NCBI GenBank assembly: GCA_963816545.1
Contig: CAWFLE010000001.1
Location: 528,745-592,744, forward strand
DNA length: 64,000 nucleotides
From: an uncultured Alphaproteobacteria bacterium
GTDB taxonomy: Bacteria; Pseudomonadota; Alphaproteobacteria; Rhodobacterales; Rhodobacteraceae
Direction of reading: 5' to 3'
Below the pieces are notes generated by a model. The model worked only from the letters and a program-made list of their open reading frames with translations, was not told where the DNA came from and did no database searches. The translations under genes were made by a program, and so were the position numbers. This document shows, piece after piece, positions 38,041-51,914 of this stretch (within the stretch, counting starts at the first letter, position 1; the number at the start of each line of letters is the position of its first letter).

Positions 38041-40023
38041 ATGCCCCAGAAGGACCGTCCCTGGATCTTCCGCACCTATGCCGGCCACTCGACGGCCGCG
38101 GCGTCGAACGCGCTCTACCGCTCGAACCTTGCGAAGGGGCAGACCGGCCTCTCGGTCGCCTTCGATCTGCCGACCCAGACCGGCTACGACTCGCGATCAC
38201 GCCCTCGCGCGGGGCGAGGTCGGCAAGGTCGGCGTCCCCGTCTCCCATATCGGCGACATGCGGGTTCTGTTCGACCAGATCCCGCTGGAGGCGATGAACA
38301 CCTCCATGACCATCAACGCCACCGCCGCCTGGCTGCTGGCCCTCTACATCGCAGTGGCCGAGGAGCAGGGCGCCGACCGCCGCCAAGCTCACCGGCACCG
38401 TCCAGAACGACATCATCAAGGAATACCTCAGCCGCGGCACCTACGTGTTCCCGCCCGCAGCCTTCGCTGCGGCTGATCGGGGACATCGCCGCCTACACCT
38501 ACCGCGAGGTTCCCAAGTGGAACCCGATGAACGTCTGCAGCTATCACCTGCAGGAGGCCGGCGCGACGCCAGCGCAGGAGCTGGCCTTCGCGCTCGCCAC
38601 CGCCATCGCCGTACTGGACGCAGGTGAAAGCCGGCGGCGCGGTGCCGGACGAGGACTTTCCCCAGGTCGTCGGCCGCATCTCCTTCTTCGTGAACGCCGG
38701 CATCCGCTTCGTCGCCGAGATCTGCAAGATGCGCGCCTTCACCGAGCTCTGGGACGAGATCTGCCGCGACCGCTACGGCGTGGAGGACGCGAAGTTCCGC
38801 CGCTTCCGCTACGGCGTTCAGGTCAATTCCCTCGGGCTGACCGAGCAGCAGCCCGAGAACAACGTCTACCGCATCCTGCTGGAGATGCTGGCCGTCACCC
38901 TCTCCAAGTACGCCCGCGCCCGCGCGGTGCAGCTTCCGGCGTGGAACGAGGCGCTCGGCCTGCCCCGCCCCTGGGACCAGCAATGGTCGCTCCGCATGCA
39001 GCAGATCCTCGCCTACGAGACCGACCTGCTGGAATACGACGACCTCTTCGACGGCAACCCCGCCGTCGCAGGCCAAGGTGGACGAACTGAAGGATCTCGC
39101 CCGCGCCGAACTCGCCCGCATCGACGAGATGGGCGGCGCCGTGCAGGCCATCGACTACATGAAGGCTCGGCTGGTGGACTCCAACTCCGCCCGCCTCCGC
39201 GCCATCGAAGCCGGCGAAACCGTGTGGTCGGCGTCAACAAGTACACTCGGCACGCGAACCCTCGCCCCTCACCGCCAACGAGGGCGGCATCCTCGTGGTG
39301 GACAAGGACGTGGAGGCAGGGCCAGATCGCCGCCCTCCAGGAATGGCGCGAAGCCCGCGACGCAAGCGCCGGTGGACGCCGCCCTTGCCGACCTCGAAGG
39401 CCGCGGCGCAGGACGGCCGCAACATCATGCCGCCCTCCATCGCCTGCGCGAAGGCCGGCGTGACCACCGGCGAATGGGGCGGGGTTCTGCGCGAGGTATT
39501 CGGCGAATACCGCGCCCCCACCGGGCGTCGCCGAAGCCGCCGCCGACGACGCTCGACGGGCCTCGAGGAGGTCCGCGCGGCGGTGGAGGCGCGTCTCCGA
39601 CCCGCTGGGCCGCCGCCTGAAGTTCCTCGTCGGCAAGCCCGGCCTCGACGGCCATTCCAACGGCGCCGAGCAGATCGCCGTCCGCGCCCGCGACTGCGGC
39701 ATGGAGGTGGTTTACGAGGGCATCCGCCTGACCCCCGCCCAGATCGTCAACGCGGCGCTGGAGGAAGCCGTCCATGTGGTCGGCCTCTCCATCCTCTCCG
39801 GCTCCCACCTGCCCCTGGTCGAAGGAGGTGATAGAGCGCATGCAGCGCCGAGGGCCTCGACGACGTGCCCGTGGTGGTCGGCGGCATCATCCCCGAGGCC
39901 GACGCCACTGAACTCCGCGCCTACGGCGTCGCCCGCGTCTACACGCCCAAGGACTTCGAGCTGACCAAGATCATGGCCGACATCGTCGACCTGGTGGCCG
40001 AGGAAAGCGCCGAAGCGGCGTGA
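38041..40023 (+). CDS. ecm: Ethylmalonyl-CoA mutase (Ecm/MeaA), with many frameshifts in this sequence
   Basis: [69 protein letters not shown] (B12 motif), GLSILSGSH spread over shifting frames; divergent from ccrA. Confidence 0.88.
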
Positions 40024-40068
40024 CGGAATCGAGGTGACATGCGCGACGGTTCATGTACCGTCGCGCCC

Positions 40069-40967
40069 ATGGCTATACCGGGATTCCAAGACCTTATGGC
40101 TCCGCTTCTGGAGCTGGGCGCGAGCGAGGCTCGTCATACATCCTCCGCGGCCGCCCGAATGTGCGACCGTTTCTTGCTGAGCGAGGAGGAGCGCGAGACG
40201 CCGGCAAGCAGACCCTCATCCTCGACCGGACACATTGGGCCGTCACCTATCTGGTGAAGGCGGGGCTGATGGAGCGTCCGAAGCGCGGCCACTTCCGCAC
40301 TACGGATCTCGGCCGCTCGTTGCTGACGAACCCGCCGCCCAAGATCGACGTCGCCTTCCTGCAACGCTACGAAGGCCTGCGCGAGTTCACGTCAGCCGGC
40401 GCTTCGCCGAAGCCCTCCGGCAGTTCAGAGGAAGCTCCCTTCTCGGAGGCCACTCCACAGGAAACCATCGAAAGCGCAGTGAACCGCCTCAACGCCGCTC
40501 TTCGCAGCGATCTCGCCGCTCGCGTCGCCGCCCTGACCCCGCTCGCCTTCGAACAGCTCATCGTGGATCTGACGCTGGCCATGGGCTACGGCGCTGGCGG
40601 CGAGGGCCAGCGCATCGGCAAGAGCGGCGACGGCGGCGTCGACGGCATCATCTCGGAGGACCGGCTCGGGCTGGACGTGGTCTATCTTCAGGCGAAGCGC
40701 TACGACCCCGACAACAAGATCGGCCCCGGCCAGATCCGCGAGTTCATCGGCACGCTGCACATCCGCCGCGCCTCCAAGGGCGTCTTCGTCACCACCTCTT
40801 CCTTCACCGCCTCGGCCGAGACCGAGGCCATGCAGGCCGGCCAGCGCCTTGTGCTGATCGACGGCAAGCGTCTCGCGGACCTGATGATCCGCCACGACGT
40901 GGGCGTCCGCGTGGTCCAGACCCTCCACCTCAAGGAAATCGACCTCAACTTCTTCGAAGACGCCTAA
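40069..40967 (+). CDS. mrr: Mrr-family type IV restriction endonuclease, frameshifted near 40200
   Basis: MAIPGFQDLMAPLL...LSEEER / GKQTLILDRTHWAVTYL, FEQLIVDL..AMGY, GDGGVDG, YLQAKRY, GVFVTTSSFT, LIDG. Confidence 0.85.
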
Positions 40968-42178
40968 TCCGTCGCCGCCCCCGGCTTCGCGTCCTTCGAA
41001 AACGCCGCGTACACCAACAGCGCCATCCCCAGCGTGGCCGCGTACCAAAGGAACACCCGGTCGTAGCCCGCCTGCACCTCTCCGGCCGCCAGCAGCGGGT
41101 CCGCCAGCGCCGCGGTCACGAACTGCCCCAGCGCCACGCCCGCCATCCCGAACACGTTGATCAGCGTCACCCCGCGCCCCGTCAGCCGGGCAGGCACGAA
41201 GCTCCGGTAGTGCGCCACCATCAGCGCATAGGTCGCCCCGCAGAAGCCGATCGCCATGATCAGGCCGATGGCGCCCTCGCGCCCCGGATCGGCCAGCGCC
41301 AGCACCCACATGCAAAGGCACCCCGTCCCGTTCGCCCCCAGGATCAGCCACTTGCGCGTGTTCAGCACCCGGTCCGCCGGGCCGAACAGGAAGATCCCCA
41401 CGGTCATAACCACCGCCATGAACAGGACGGCGACGCCCACCTCGCTCGGGCTCAGCCCGTGCACGTCATGCAGGTAGGCGCCCGCCCACAACCCGCGCAT
41501 GCCGCCCGAGGCCGCATAGTTGAACAGCGCCACCGGCAGGATCGCCAGCAGCAGCGGCTTCCTCATCAGCTCGGCGTAGCCGTCGAACCCCAGCGCCCGC
41601 CACAGCCCCTGCCCCCGGCCCGGCGCCTCCAGCGACGGCGGGTCCTTCACCAGCACCAGCAGCGCCCCCGCCAACGCGAAGCCCAGCGCGGCGAGGGCCA
41701 TCATCACCTCGCGCCACCCCGCCGCCTCCGCCGCCCACGCGAGCGGCGCGGCCCCGAGGATGTTGCCCAACCCCCCGATCCCCATGGTCAGCGAAGTCAT
41801 GGTCGCGAACTTCACCGGGTCGTAGCGGCGCGCGAACAGGAACATTGCCGACATCATCACCGGCGCGCAGCCCGCCCCGATCATCGCCATTCCCACCCAC
41901 AAGTGCCACGCCTCCTGCGCCAGCGCGAAGACCAGCGCGCCCCCGCCTGCGCCAACGCCCAGGAACCCCGCCACCGCCTTGCGCGGCCCCATCCGGTCAA
42001 GCAGCACCCCCACCGGGAACTGCGCCAGCGCGAAGCACAGGAACCAGGCGCCCACGACGCTCGACAGCTCCGAGGCCGGGATCCCGAGGTCCCGCGTCAG
42101 GAACGGCGCCAGCACCGCCACGAAGGTCCGGTAGAACACGCTCATCACCAGCGCGAGCGTCAGAGCCGCGATATCCAT
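40964..42178 (-). CDS. MFS transporter (paralog 2)
   Basis: SVFYR, QFPVGVLLDRMGPR, GCAPVMM, GNILGAAP, RGLWAGAYL. Confidence 0.85.
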   Translation of the reverse strand: MDIAALTLALVMSVFYRTFVAVLAPFLTRDLGIPASELSSVVGAWFLCFALAQFPVGVLLDRMGPRKAVAGFLGVGAGGGALVFALAQEAWHLWVGMAMIGAGCAPVMMSAMFLFARRYDPVKFATMTSLTMGIGGLGNILGAAPLAWAAEAAGWREVMMALAALGFALAGALLVLVKDPPSLEAPGRGQGLWRALGFDGYAELMRKPLLLAILPVALFNYAASGGMRGLWAGAYLHDVHGLSPSEVGVAVLFMAVVMTVGIFLFGPADRVLNTRKWLILGANGTGCLCMWVLALADPGREGAIGLIMAIGFCGATYALMVAHYRSFVPARLTGRGVTLINVFGMAGVALGQFVTAALADPLLAAGEVQAGYDRVFLWYAATLGMALLVYAAFSKDAKPGAATD

Positions 42179-43362
42179 CAGGGCTTCGCATCCCGGCTGA
42201 AGAGATAGACCGCCAGCGCCGCCATCATCGCCGCGGCGTAAAGGAGGAACAGCGTCCCATAGGCCTCGGCCGCGCCGCCCGCGGCCTTGCCCGCCTCCAC
42301 CACCTGCCCCGTCAGCGCCTGCGCGAGGCCGACGCCCCCCATGACGAACAGGTTCATCAGCGTCACCATCCGCCCCACCAGCCGCATGGGCGCCATTGAC
42401 CGGGCGTGAGCCATGACCATGGTGTAGGTCGCGCCGAAGAAGCCCACCCCCGCCATCAGCGCGACCGAAACGCCCGAGGCCGCCCCGGCGGTCGCGCCCA
42501 GCCCCGCGCAGGCGGCGGCCGCGACCACGTTGCCCGGCAGGATCACCCACTTGCGGGTCCCGAACCAGCGGTCCAGCGGCCCGTAGGCGAAGGCGCCCGC
42601 GGACATGGCCAACGCCATCCACAGCGTCGCGCGCCCGACTTCGGCCGGGGACATGGCATAGACTTCCGTGAGATAGGGCCCCGCCCACAGCCCGCGAATT
42701 CCGGCGGCGGGCGTATAGTTCACCACCGCCAGCGGGATGATCGGCCACAGGACCCGCAGCTTCAGCAGCTCCCCGTAGTCGAGGAACCCGCGGTCGCCGG
42801 CCTCCGCCTGCAGCACCGGCGGATCGCGCACCAGCGCGAGCGCGGCGAGCGCGATCAGCGCGCTGGCGGCGGCGAAGACGCCCATGGTCTCGCGCCAGCC
42901 CACCGCCTCGATCAGCAGGGCGAAAGGCTCGGTTCCGAGGATGTTGCCCAGCGTCCCGATCCCCACCGTCATGGCGCAGAGCGTGGCGAAGCGGACGGGA
43001 GGGAAGTCTCTGGCGTAGATATAGAAAAGCGCCATCAGCGCCGGCGCGCACCCGGCCCCGATCAGCGCCATGCCCAGCGTGATTCCCAGCGGCCCCTGCG
43101 CCAGCGCGACCGCGGCCGCGCCCCCACCGGCGCACAGCCCGAACAGCACGCCCCCCGTTCGCCGGGGCCCCAGCCGGTCCAGCCCTACGCCCACCGGAAG
43201 CTGCATTGCGGCGAACACGAGGAACCATATCCCCGACGCCCGCCCCAGGTCCGCCGCGTCCAGCCCAAGGTCCTGCGTCAGGAACGGCGCGAGCACCGCT
43301 AGGCAGGCGCGGTAGAACTGGCTGAACACGTAGGCGAGACCCAGCGCGAGGATGCCGGGCAT
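42178..43362 (-). CDS. MFS transporter (paralog 1)
   Basis: SQFYRA, QLPVGVGLDRLGPRR, GCAPALM, GNILGTEP, RGLWAGPYL; TGATG overlap with paralog 2. Confidence 0.85.
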   Translation of the reverse strand: MPGILALGLAYVFSQFYRACLAVLAPFLTQDLGLDAADLGRASGIWFLVFAAMQLPVGVGLDRLGPRRTGGVLFGLCAGGGAAAVALAQGPLGITLGMALIGAGCAPALMALFYIYARDFPPVRFATLCAMTVGIGTLGNILGTEPFALLIEAVGWRETMGVFAAASALIALAALALVRDPPVLQAEAGDRGFLDYGELLKLRVLWPIIPLAVVNYTPAAGIRGLWAGPYLTEVYAMSPAEVGRATLWMALAMSAGAFAYGPLDRWFGTRKWVILPGNVVAAAACAGLGATAGAASGVSVALMAGVGFFGATYTMVMAHARSMAPMRLVGRMVTLMNLFVMGGVGLAQALTGQVVEAGKAAGGAAEAYGTLFLLYAAAMMAALAVYLFSRDAKP

Positions 43363-43603
43363 GGCGAGGGCCTCCGACGGACGGGCGCGCCGAGGCGGCG
43401 CGCAAGGAAAGGTTCGGCGACCTTAGCGATGCCGCGGGAAGGGGTCCATGGGGTGCGCGACGCGGCCCCGGGGCGCTGCCGAGTCATCGGATTTCAACGC
43501 TCCGCCGCCCGAACCCGGATCTTCCGGCCCGCGCAGCGCCATTGACGCCGCCTCCCGCGCGGGCGTAGCGATTGAGCCTCTCACCGCACCCGGAGGCCTC
43601 CCG

Positions 43604-44983
43604 ATGAACGTCCAGCTCTCGAACATGCAGACCCGAGACGTGGAGGCGCTGCTCCACCCCTACACCAACGGCGCCGTCCATAGGCAGACCGGCGCGCACG
43701 TGATCTCCGAGGGCAAGGGGATCTACGTCTACGACGATCAGGGGCGGGAGTTCATCGAGGGCATGGCCGGGCTCTGGTGCGCCGGTCTCGGCTTCGGCGA
43801 CGCCGAGCTGGCCGAAGCCGCGGCCGAGCAGCTCCGCAAGCTGCCCTATTATCACCTCTTCGCCGGCCGCTCCCATGAACCGGCGATCGAGCTGGCCGAG
43901 CGGATCAAGGACCTCGCCCCCGGCATGGCGCGGGTGATCTACCAGTCCTCGGGCTCGGAGGCGAACGACGCGCAGGTGAAGCTCGCCTGGTTCTACAACA
44001 ACGCCCGCGGCCGGCCGGAGAAGAAGAAGATCATCTCCCGCAAGAAGGGCTATCACGGCGTCACCATCGCCTCGGCCTCGATGACCGGGCTGCCCTACAA
44101 CCACCTCGACTGGGACCTGCCGCTCGACCGCTTCCTGCACACCTCCACGCCCCATCACTGGCGCGAGGCCGAGGCCGGGGAGACCGAGCGCGAATTCGCC
44201 TCCCGCCTCGCCCACGAGCTGGAGGAGATGATCGAGCGCGAGGGGCCGGAGACCGTGGCGGCCTTCATCGCCGAGCCGATCATGGGCGCCGGCGGCGTGA
44301 TCGTCCCCCCTCAGGGCTATTTCGAGGCGATCCGCCCGATCCTGGAGAAGTACGACATCCTGATGATCGCCGACGAGGTCATCACCGGCTTCGCCCGCAC
44401 CGGAGAGTGGTTCGGCTCCGACCGCTTCAACGTGAAGCCCACCTCCATGTCCTTCGCCAAGCAGCTCACGGGCGGCTACGCGCCGCTTTCCGCGGTGGCG
44501 ATCAACCTCGACATGGCCGAGGCGATCGAGGCGCATACCGGCAAGATCGGCACGCTGGGCCACGGCTTCACCTATGGCGGGCATCCGGTGGGCTGCGCCA
44601 CGGGCGTCGCGGCGCTCAGGATCTACAAGGAGCGGCGGATCCTGGACCATGTCCGCAAGGTCGAGCCGGTGTTCCAGAAGGCGCTTGAGACCGCGGCGGA
44701 GCATCCGCTGGTCGGCGAGAAGCGCGGCGTCGGCCTGATCGGCGCGCTGGAGCTGGCGCCCGACAAGTCCGGCCGAACTGCCTTCGATCCGGCGGGCAAG
44801 GTCGGCGCGCGCGCGGTGGCCGAGATGCTCTCGCGCGGGGTGATCCTGCGCAACGTGGGCGACAGCCTCGCCTTCTGCCCGCCGATGATCATCACCGAGG
44901 ACGAGATCGCGCGCATGTTCGAGCCGCTTGAGCAGGCGCTGGACGCCACGCATCAGTGGGCGAAGATCGAAGGCCTCATGTAA
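43604..44983 (+). CDS. Class III (omega-amino acid/polyamine) aminotransferase
   Basis: EGMAGLWC, SGSEAND, GYHG, FIAEPIMGAGG, IADEVITGFARTG, AKQLTGGY, HGFTYGGHP. Confidence 0.9.
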   Translation: MNVQLSNMQTRDVEALLHPYTNGAVHRQTGAHVISEGKGIYVYDDQGREFIEGMAGLWCAGLGFGDAELAEAAAEQLRKLPYYHLFAGRSHEPAIELAERIKDLAPGMARVIYQSSGSEANDAQVKLAWFYNNARGRPEKKKIISRKKGYHGVTIASASMTGLPYNHLDWDLPLDRFLHTSTPHHWREAEAGETEREFASRLAHELEEMIEREGPETVAAFIAEPIMGAGGVIVPPQGYFEAIRPILEKYDILMIADEVITGFARTGEWFGSDRFNVKPTSMSFAKQLTGGYAPLSAVAINLDMAEAIEAHTGKIGTLGHGFTYGGHPVGCATGVAALRIYKERRILDHVRKVEPVFQKALETAAEHPLVGEKRGVGLIGALELAPDKSGRTAFDPAGKVGARAVAEMLSRGVILRNVGDSLAFCPPMIITEDEIARMFEPLEQALDATHQWAKIEGLM

Positions 44984-45198
44984 CGGGGAGCATTGCACAA
45001 GAAGAGCGGGCCGCAACGGCGGCCCGTTTCATGGTGGGGAGGGGGTGACCATCGGCGGCAGACTTGGCCACCCCCAGTCACTTCACCCTGCAAACGCAAA
45101 ACGCCTCATTGACGCCACCTGGTACGCTACACGCGAAACCACTTTGGTTCCGGAACAAGTTCAGGAATCCTCAACCGAGCCGGGATGTCAACTACATC

Positions 45199-45561
45199 AT
45201 GAATGACAACCGAACCTTCGGCCCAGTCCTGAAGATTCTGCGCCCCATTGAATGCGCCGAGCTGGTCCAAACTCTTGTTTTTCGGGGTTCTTCGATAGAC
45301 CTCAAGGACGGCTTCATCCACTTTTCCACGCCTGCGCAGGCGGCGGAAACGGCGGCGAAGCATTTCGCGAGGGAAGGCGGGTTGTGGCTCGCCGCGGCGG
45401 ATGCGGCTTCCCTAGGGGAATCGCTGAAATGGGAGCCGTCGCGGGGCGGCGCCCTGTTCCCGCATCTCCACCGCGTGCTGCGGGCCGAGGATCTGGTATG
45501 GATCCGCCCCCTTCCGCTGGGGCCTGAAGGGCTGCACAGGTTTCCGGACCTGGAGGCGTGA
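45199..45561 (+). CDS. DUF952 family protein
   Basis: [13 protein letters not shown]...[19 protein letters not shown]; directly upstream of pyrD. Confidence 0.85.
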   Translation: MNDNRTFGPVLKILRPIECAELVQTLVFRGSSIDLKDGFIHFSTPAQAAETAAKHFAREGGLWLAAADAASLGESLKWEPSRGGALFPHLHRVLRAEDLVWIRPLPLGPEGLHRFPDLEA

Positions 45562-46577
45562 GCCTCGGCCGGATGGGAGAGGCGGCGGCGCTGGCGGCGC
45601 TGCGGCGGGTGGAGCCCGAACGGGCGCATCGGCTGGCACTGGCGGCGCTCGTCGCCCGTCACCGGGCGGGGCTGTCGCCGGGGGCGCTGCGGGCTGGCCC
45701 GCGCCGGGTGTTCGGGCTGGATTTCCCCAATCCGGTGGGCATCGCGGCCGGCTTCGACAAGAACGCCGAGGCGGTGGAGGCGTGCCTCGCCTCCGGCCCC
45801 GGCTTCATGGAGGTGGGCGCCGTGACGCCCCGCCCGCAGCCCGGCAATCCGCGGCCCCGGCTGTTCCGCCTGTCCGAAGATCGCGCGGTCATCAACCGCT
45901 TCGGCTTCAACAACGAGGGGATGGAGCGGGTGGCCGCCCGGCTGGAAGCGGCGCGCGCGCGGGGGCGGCTCGGCGGCCCGGTGGGCGTCAATCTCGGGGC
46001 CAACAAGGACAGCGAGGACCGCGCCGCGGACTACGCGGCGGTGCTCGCGCGCTTCGCCGGGCTGGCGGATTTCTTCACGGTCAACGTCTCCTCCCCCAAC
46101 ACCGAGCGGCTGCGCGATCTTCAGGGGCGGGAGGCGCTGACCGCCCTGCTGGAGCGGTGCCTGGAGGCGCGGGACGCCCGCGCGCCCGGCGCGCCGGTGC
46201 TGGTCAAGATCGCGCCGGACCTGGACGCGCGGGGGCTGGAGGACGTGGCGGAGGTCTGCCTCGGCCGCGTGGACGGGATCGTGGCCACCAACACCACCCT
46301 GTCGCGGGAGGGGCTGCGCAGCCCACTGGCGCGGGAGGCGGGGGGCCTGTCGGGGGCGCCGCTGTTCTCCCGGTCCACCGAGGTGCTGACGACGCTCTCG
46401 CGCTTGACCTTGGGACGGCTGCCGCTGGTGGGCGTGGGGGGCGTCGCGTCCGTGGAGGAGGCGCGCGCGAAGCTAGCGGCCGGCGCGTCGCTGGTGCAGC
46501 TTTACAGCGGACTGGTCTACAGGGGCCTGTCGCTCGCACGCCGGATCGCGCTGGGGCTGGAGACGCCCGCAGGTTGA
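45558..46577 (+). CDS. pyrD: Quinone-dependent dihydroorotate dehydrogenase
   Basis: [50 protein letters not shown]. Confidence 0.95.
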   Translation: MSLGRMGEAAALAALRRVEPERAHRLALAALVARHRAGLSPGALRAGPRRVFGLDFPNPVGIAAGFDKNAEAVEACLASGPGFMEVGAVTPRPQPGNPRPRLFRLSEDRAVINRFGFNNEGMERVAARLEAARARGRLGGPVGVNLGANKDSEDRAADYAAVLARFAGLADFFTVNVSSPNTERLRDLQGREALTALLERCLEARDARAPGAPVLVKIAPDLDARGLEDVAEVCLGRVDGIVATNTTLSREGLRSPLAREAGGLSGAPLFSRSTEVLTTLSRLTLGRLPLVGVGGVASVEEARAKLAAGASLVQLYSGLVYRGLSLARRIALGLETPAG

Positions 46578-46859
46578 GTTTCCCGGCCTCATCCGGCTGC
46601 AATAGAGCTGATTTTAACCGAATCCCGTGGCCCAGCCGCGGCAGGACGCCGCCGCCGCCACCTGCGGCGGGCTGACGCGGCCTCGAAAGATGAACGGTTT
46701 CAGGAGGTTGCAACCGCCCTTGAGCGCGCCCGCGCGATATTGCGCGCCCGCAACCCCTGTGTTAGCTAGCGCTCGGTTCACGAGGGGGGCGGACGGCGTC
46801 CGGCCAGAGGTCGCCCCGTGCCGGCTTTTCGCATGTCCGGCCAGATCGGAAGGGGTCCC

Positions 46860-47419
46860 GTGGCGACATCAGCTTCACTGACCACAGGCATCGCAGGGCG
46901 GTACGCGACCGCGCTCTACGAACTCGCCGAGGAGCAGGACGCGCTGGATCAGGTCGAGCAGGACCTGGCCGCGATCAGGCAGGCGATGACCGAGAGCGCC
47001 GATCTGCGGATGGCGGTCACGAGCCCGCTCTACGCCCGCGACCAGCAGGCCTCGGCCATGGCCGCTGTGGCGGATGCGATGGGCGTGTCCCAGCTGACCA
47101 AGAACGTGATCGGGCTGATGGCGCAGAAGCGCCGCCTGTTCGCGCTGCCCAAGGTGTGCGAAGCCTACGCGAAGATGATGGCCGCCCGGCGCGGAGAGAT
47201 CACCGCCGAGGTCACGGCCGCGCAAGCCCTGTCGGACGAGCAGCGTTCCGCGCTGTCCGACGCCCTGAAGACGGCCTTCGGCCGCGACGTCAATCTGGAC
47301 CTGTCCGTGGATGAGAGCCTCATCGGCGGACTGGTCGTCAAGGTCGGGTCCAAGCTGATCGACACCTCGATCCGCGCGCGGCTCGCCGCACTTCAGAACG
47401 CCATGAGAGAGGTCGGGTG

Positions 47420-47420
<1 letters not shown>
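46860..47420 (+). CDS. atpH: ATP synthase F1 delta
   Basis: [33 protein letters not shown]; GTG start. Confidence 0.93.
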
Positions 47421-48958
<1,538 letters not shown>

Positions 48959-48986
48959 GCCTGGGCCGACGGGATAAGGGGACGTC

Positions 48987-49871
48987 ATGCCCAGCCTCAA
49001 GGACCTGAAGAACCGGATCAACTCGGTCAAGTCGACCCGGAAGATCACGAAAGCCATGCAGATGGTCGCGGCGGCGAAGCTCCGCCGCGCCCAGGAAGCG
49101 GCTGAAGCCGGGCGGCCCTACGCCGACCGGCTCAACCGCGTGCTCGGCCGTCTGGCCGACGGCGCGAACCCCGATACGGCGCCCAAGCTTCTGGCCGGGA
49201 CCGGGAAGGACGACACGCATCTGGTGATCGTCGCGACCGCCGAGCGCGGGCTGTGCGGGGGGTTCAACTCCTCCATCGTGCGGCTGGCGCGGGTGCGGAT
49301 CCGGGAGCTTCAGTCCCAGGGCAAGACGGTGAAGATCCTCACCATCGGCCGGAAGGGGCGCGACCAGCTTCGCCGGGACTATTCCAGCCTGCTGGTCCAC
49401 CACGTGGACCTGTCGGGCGTGAAGCGGGTGGGTTACGCGGACGCGCAGAAGATCGCGACGGACGTGCTGAGCCGCTTCGCCGAGGACGAATTCGACGTCG
49501 CCACGCTGTTCTACAACCGCTTCCAGTCGGTGATCTCGCAGATCCCGACCGCGAAGCAGCTTGTGCCGGCCACCTTCGAGCGCCCCGAGGGCGAGGAAGA
49601 GCAGGCGGGGACGCCCGTCCCCTACGAGTACGAGCCGGAGGAGGAGGCGATCCTCGCCGACCTCCTGCCCCGCGCCATCGCCACGCAGATCTTCACGGCT
49701 CTGCTGGAGAACGCGGCTTCCGAACAGGGCGCGCGCATGTCCGCCATGGACAACGCGACGCGCAACGCGGGCGACCTGATCGACCGTCTGACGCTGGAGT
49801 ACAACCGCTCCCGCCAGGCCGCGATCACCAAGGAGCTCATCGAGATCATCTCGGGCGCGGAAGCGCTCTAA
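48987..49871 (+). CDS. atpG: ATP synthase F1 gamma
   Basis: [47 protein letters not shown]. Confidence 0.98.
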   Translation: MPSLKDLKNRINSVKSTRKITKAMQMVAAAKLRRAQEAAEAGRPYADRLNRVLGRLADGANPDTAPKLLAGTGKDDTHLVIVATAERGLCGGFNSSIVRLARVRIRELQSQGKTVKILTIGRKGRDQLRRDYSSLLVHHVDLSGVKRVGYADAQKIATDVLSRFAEDEFDVATLFYNRFQSVISQIPTAKQLVPATFERPEGEEEQAGTPVPYEYEPEEEAILADLLPRAIATQIFTALLENAASEQGARMSAMDNATRNAGDLIDRLTLEYNRSRQAAITKELIEIISGAEAL

Positions 49872-51305
<1,434 letters not shown>

Positions 51306-51315
51306 GGGGGTATAA

Positions 51316-51711
51316 ATGGCGAAGCTTCCCTACGACCTGGTCTCGCCGGAGCGGATGCTGGCGCATGGCGAGGCGGACGCGATCCAGATCCCCGGTGCGG
51401 TCGGGGACCTGACGGCCATGCCCAACCACGCGCCCTTCCTGACGCCGCTGCGTCCGGGGGTGGTGACGGTGCGCGACGGAGGCTCGGAGACGGCCTACGT
51501 CGTCACCGGCGGCTTCGCCGAGATCTCCCCGGAAGGCGCCTCGGTGCTGGCCGAGGAGGCCGTGAAGCGGGACGAGGTCACCTCCGAATGGTTCGATGCG
51601 CGGATGAAATTGGCGGAGGAGGCGCATGAGATCGCTTCCGGCCAGTCGAAGATCATCGCGGCGCAGCACGTCAACGACATGCGCTTCCTCAAGCAGCAGC
51701 TCGGCTTCTAG
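51316..51711 (+). CDS. atpC: ATP synthase F1 epsilon
   Basis: DLVSPER, PG..G....MPNHAP, TGGFAEI; last gene of the operon. Confidence 0.93.
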   Translation: MAKLPYDLVSPERMLAHGEADAIQIPGAVGDLTAMPNHAPFLTPLRPGVVTVRDGGSETAYVVTGGFAEISPEGASVLAEEAVKRDEVTSEWFDARMKLAEEAHEIASGQSKIIAAQHVNDMRFLKQQLGF

Positions 51712-51914
51712 AACATAACGAGGGACAGGAGCCGCCTCACGCCCCGCGCCGGAAACGGTTCGGGGCGTTCGCATTTCGCGGGACTGCGAAACGTGTTTCG
51801 CAGCGAAACGCGAGGGGCGCGGGACGGGTTTCCCGCCGGATCAATGACTTGCCGACGGGCGTTTGTAGAATTAACCGGTTTGGTAACCTTTGGCCGCAGG
51901 CGTTTCGCAGGGGG

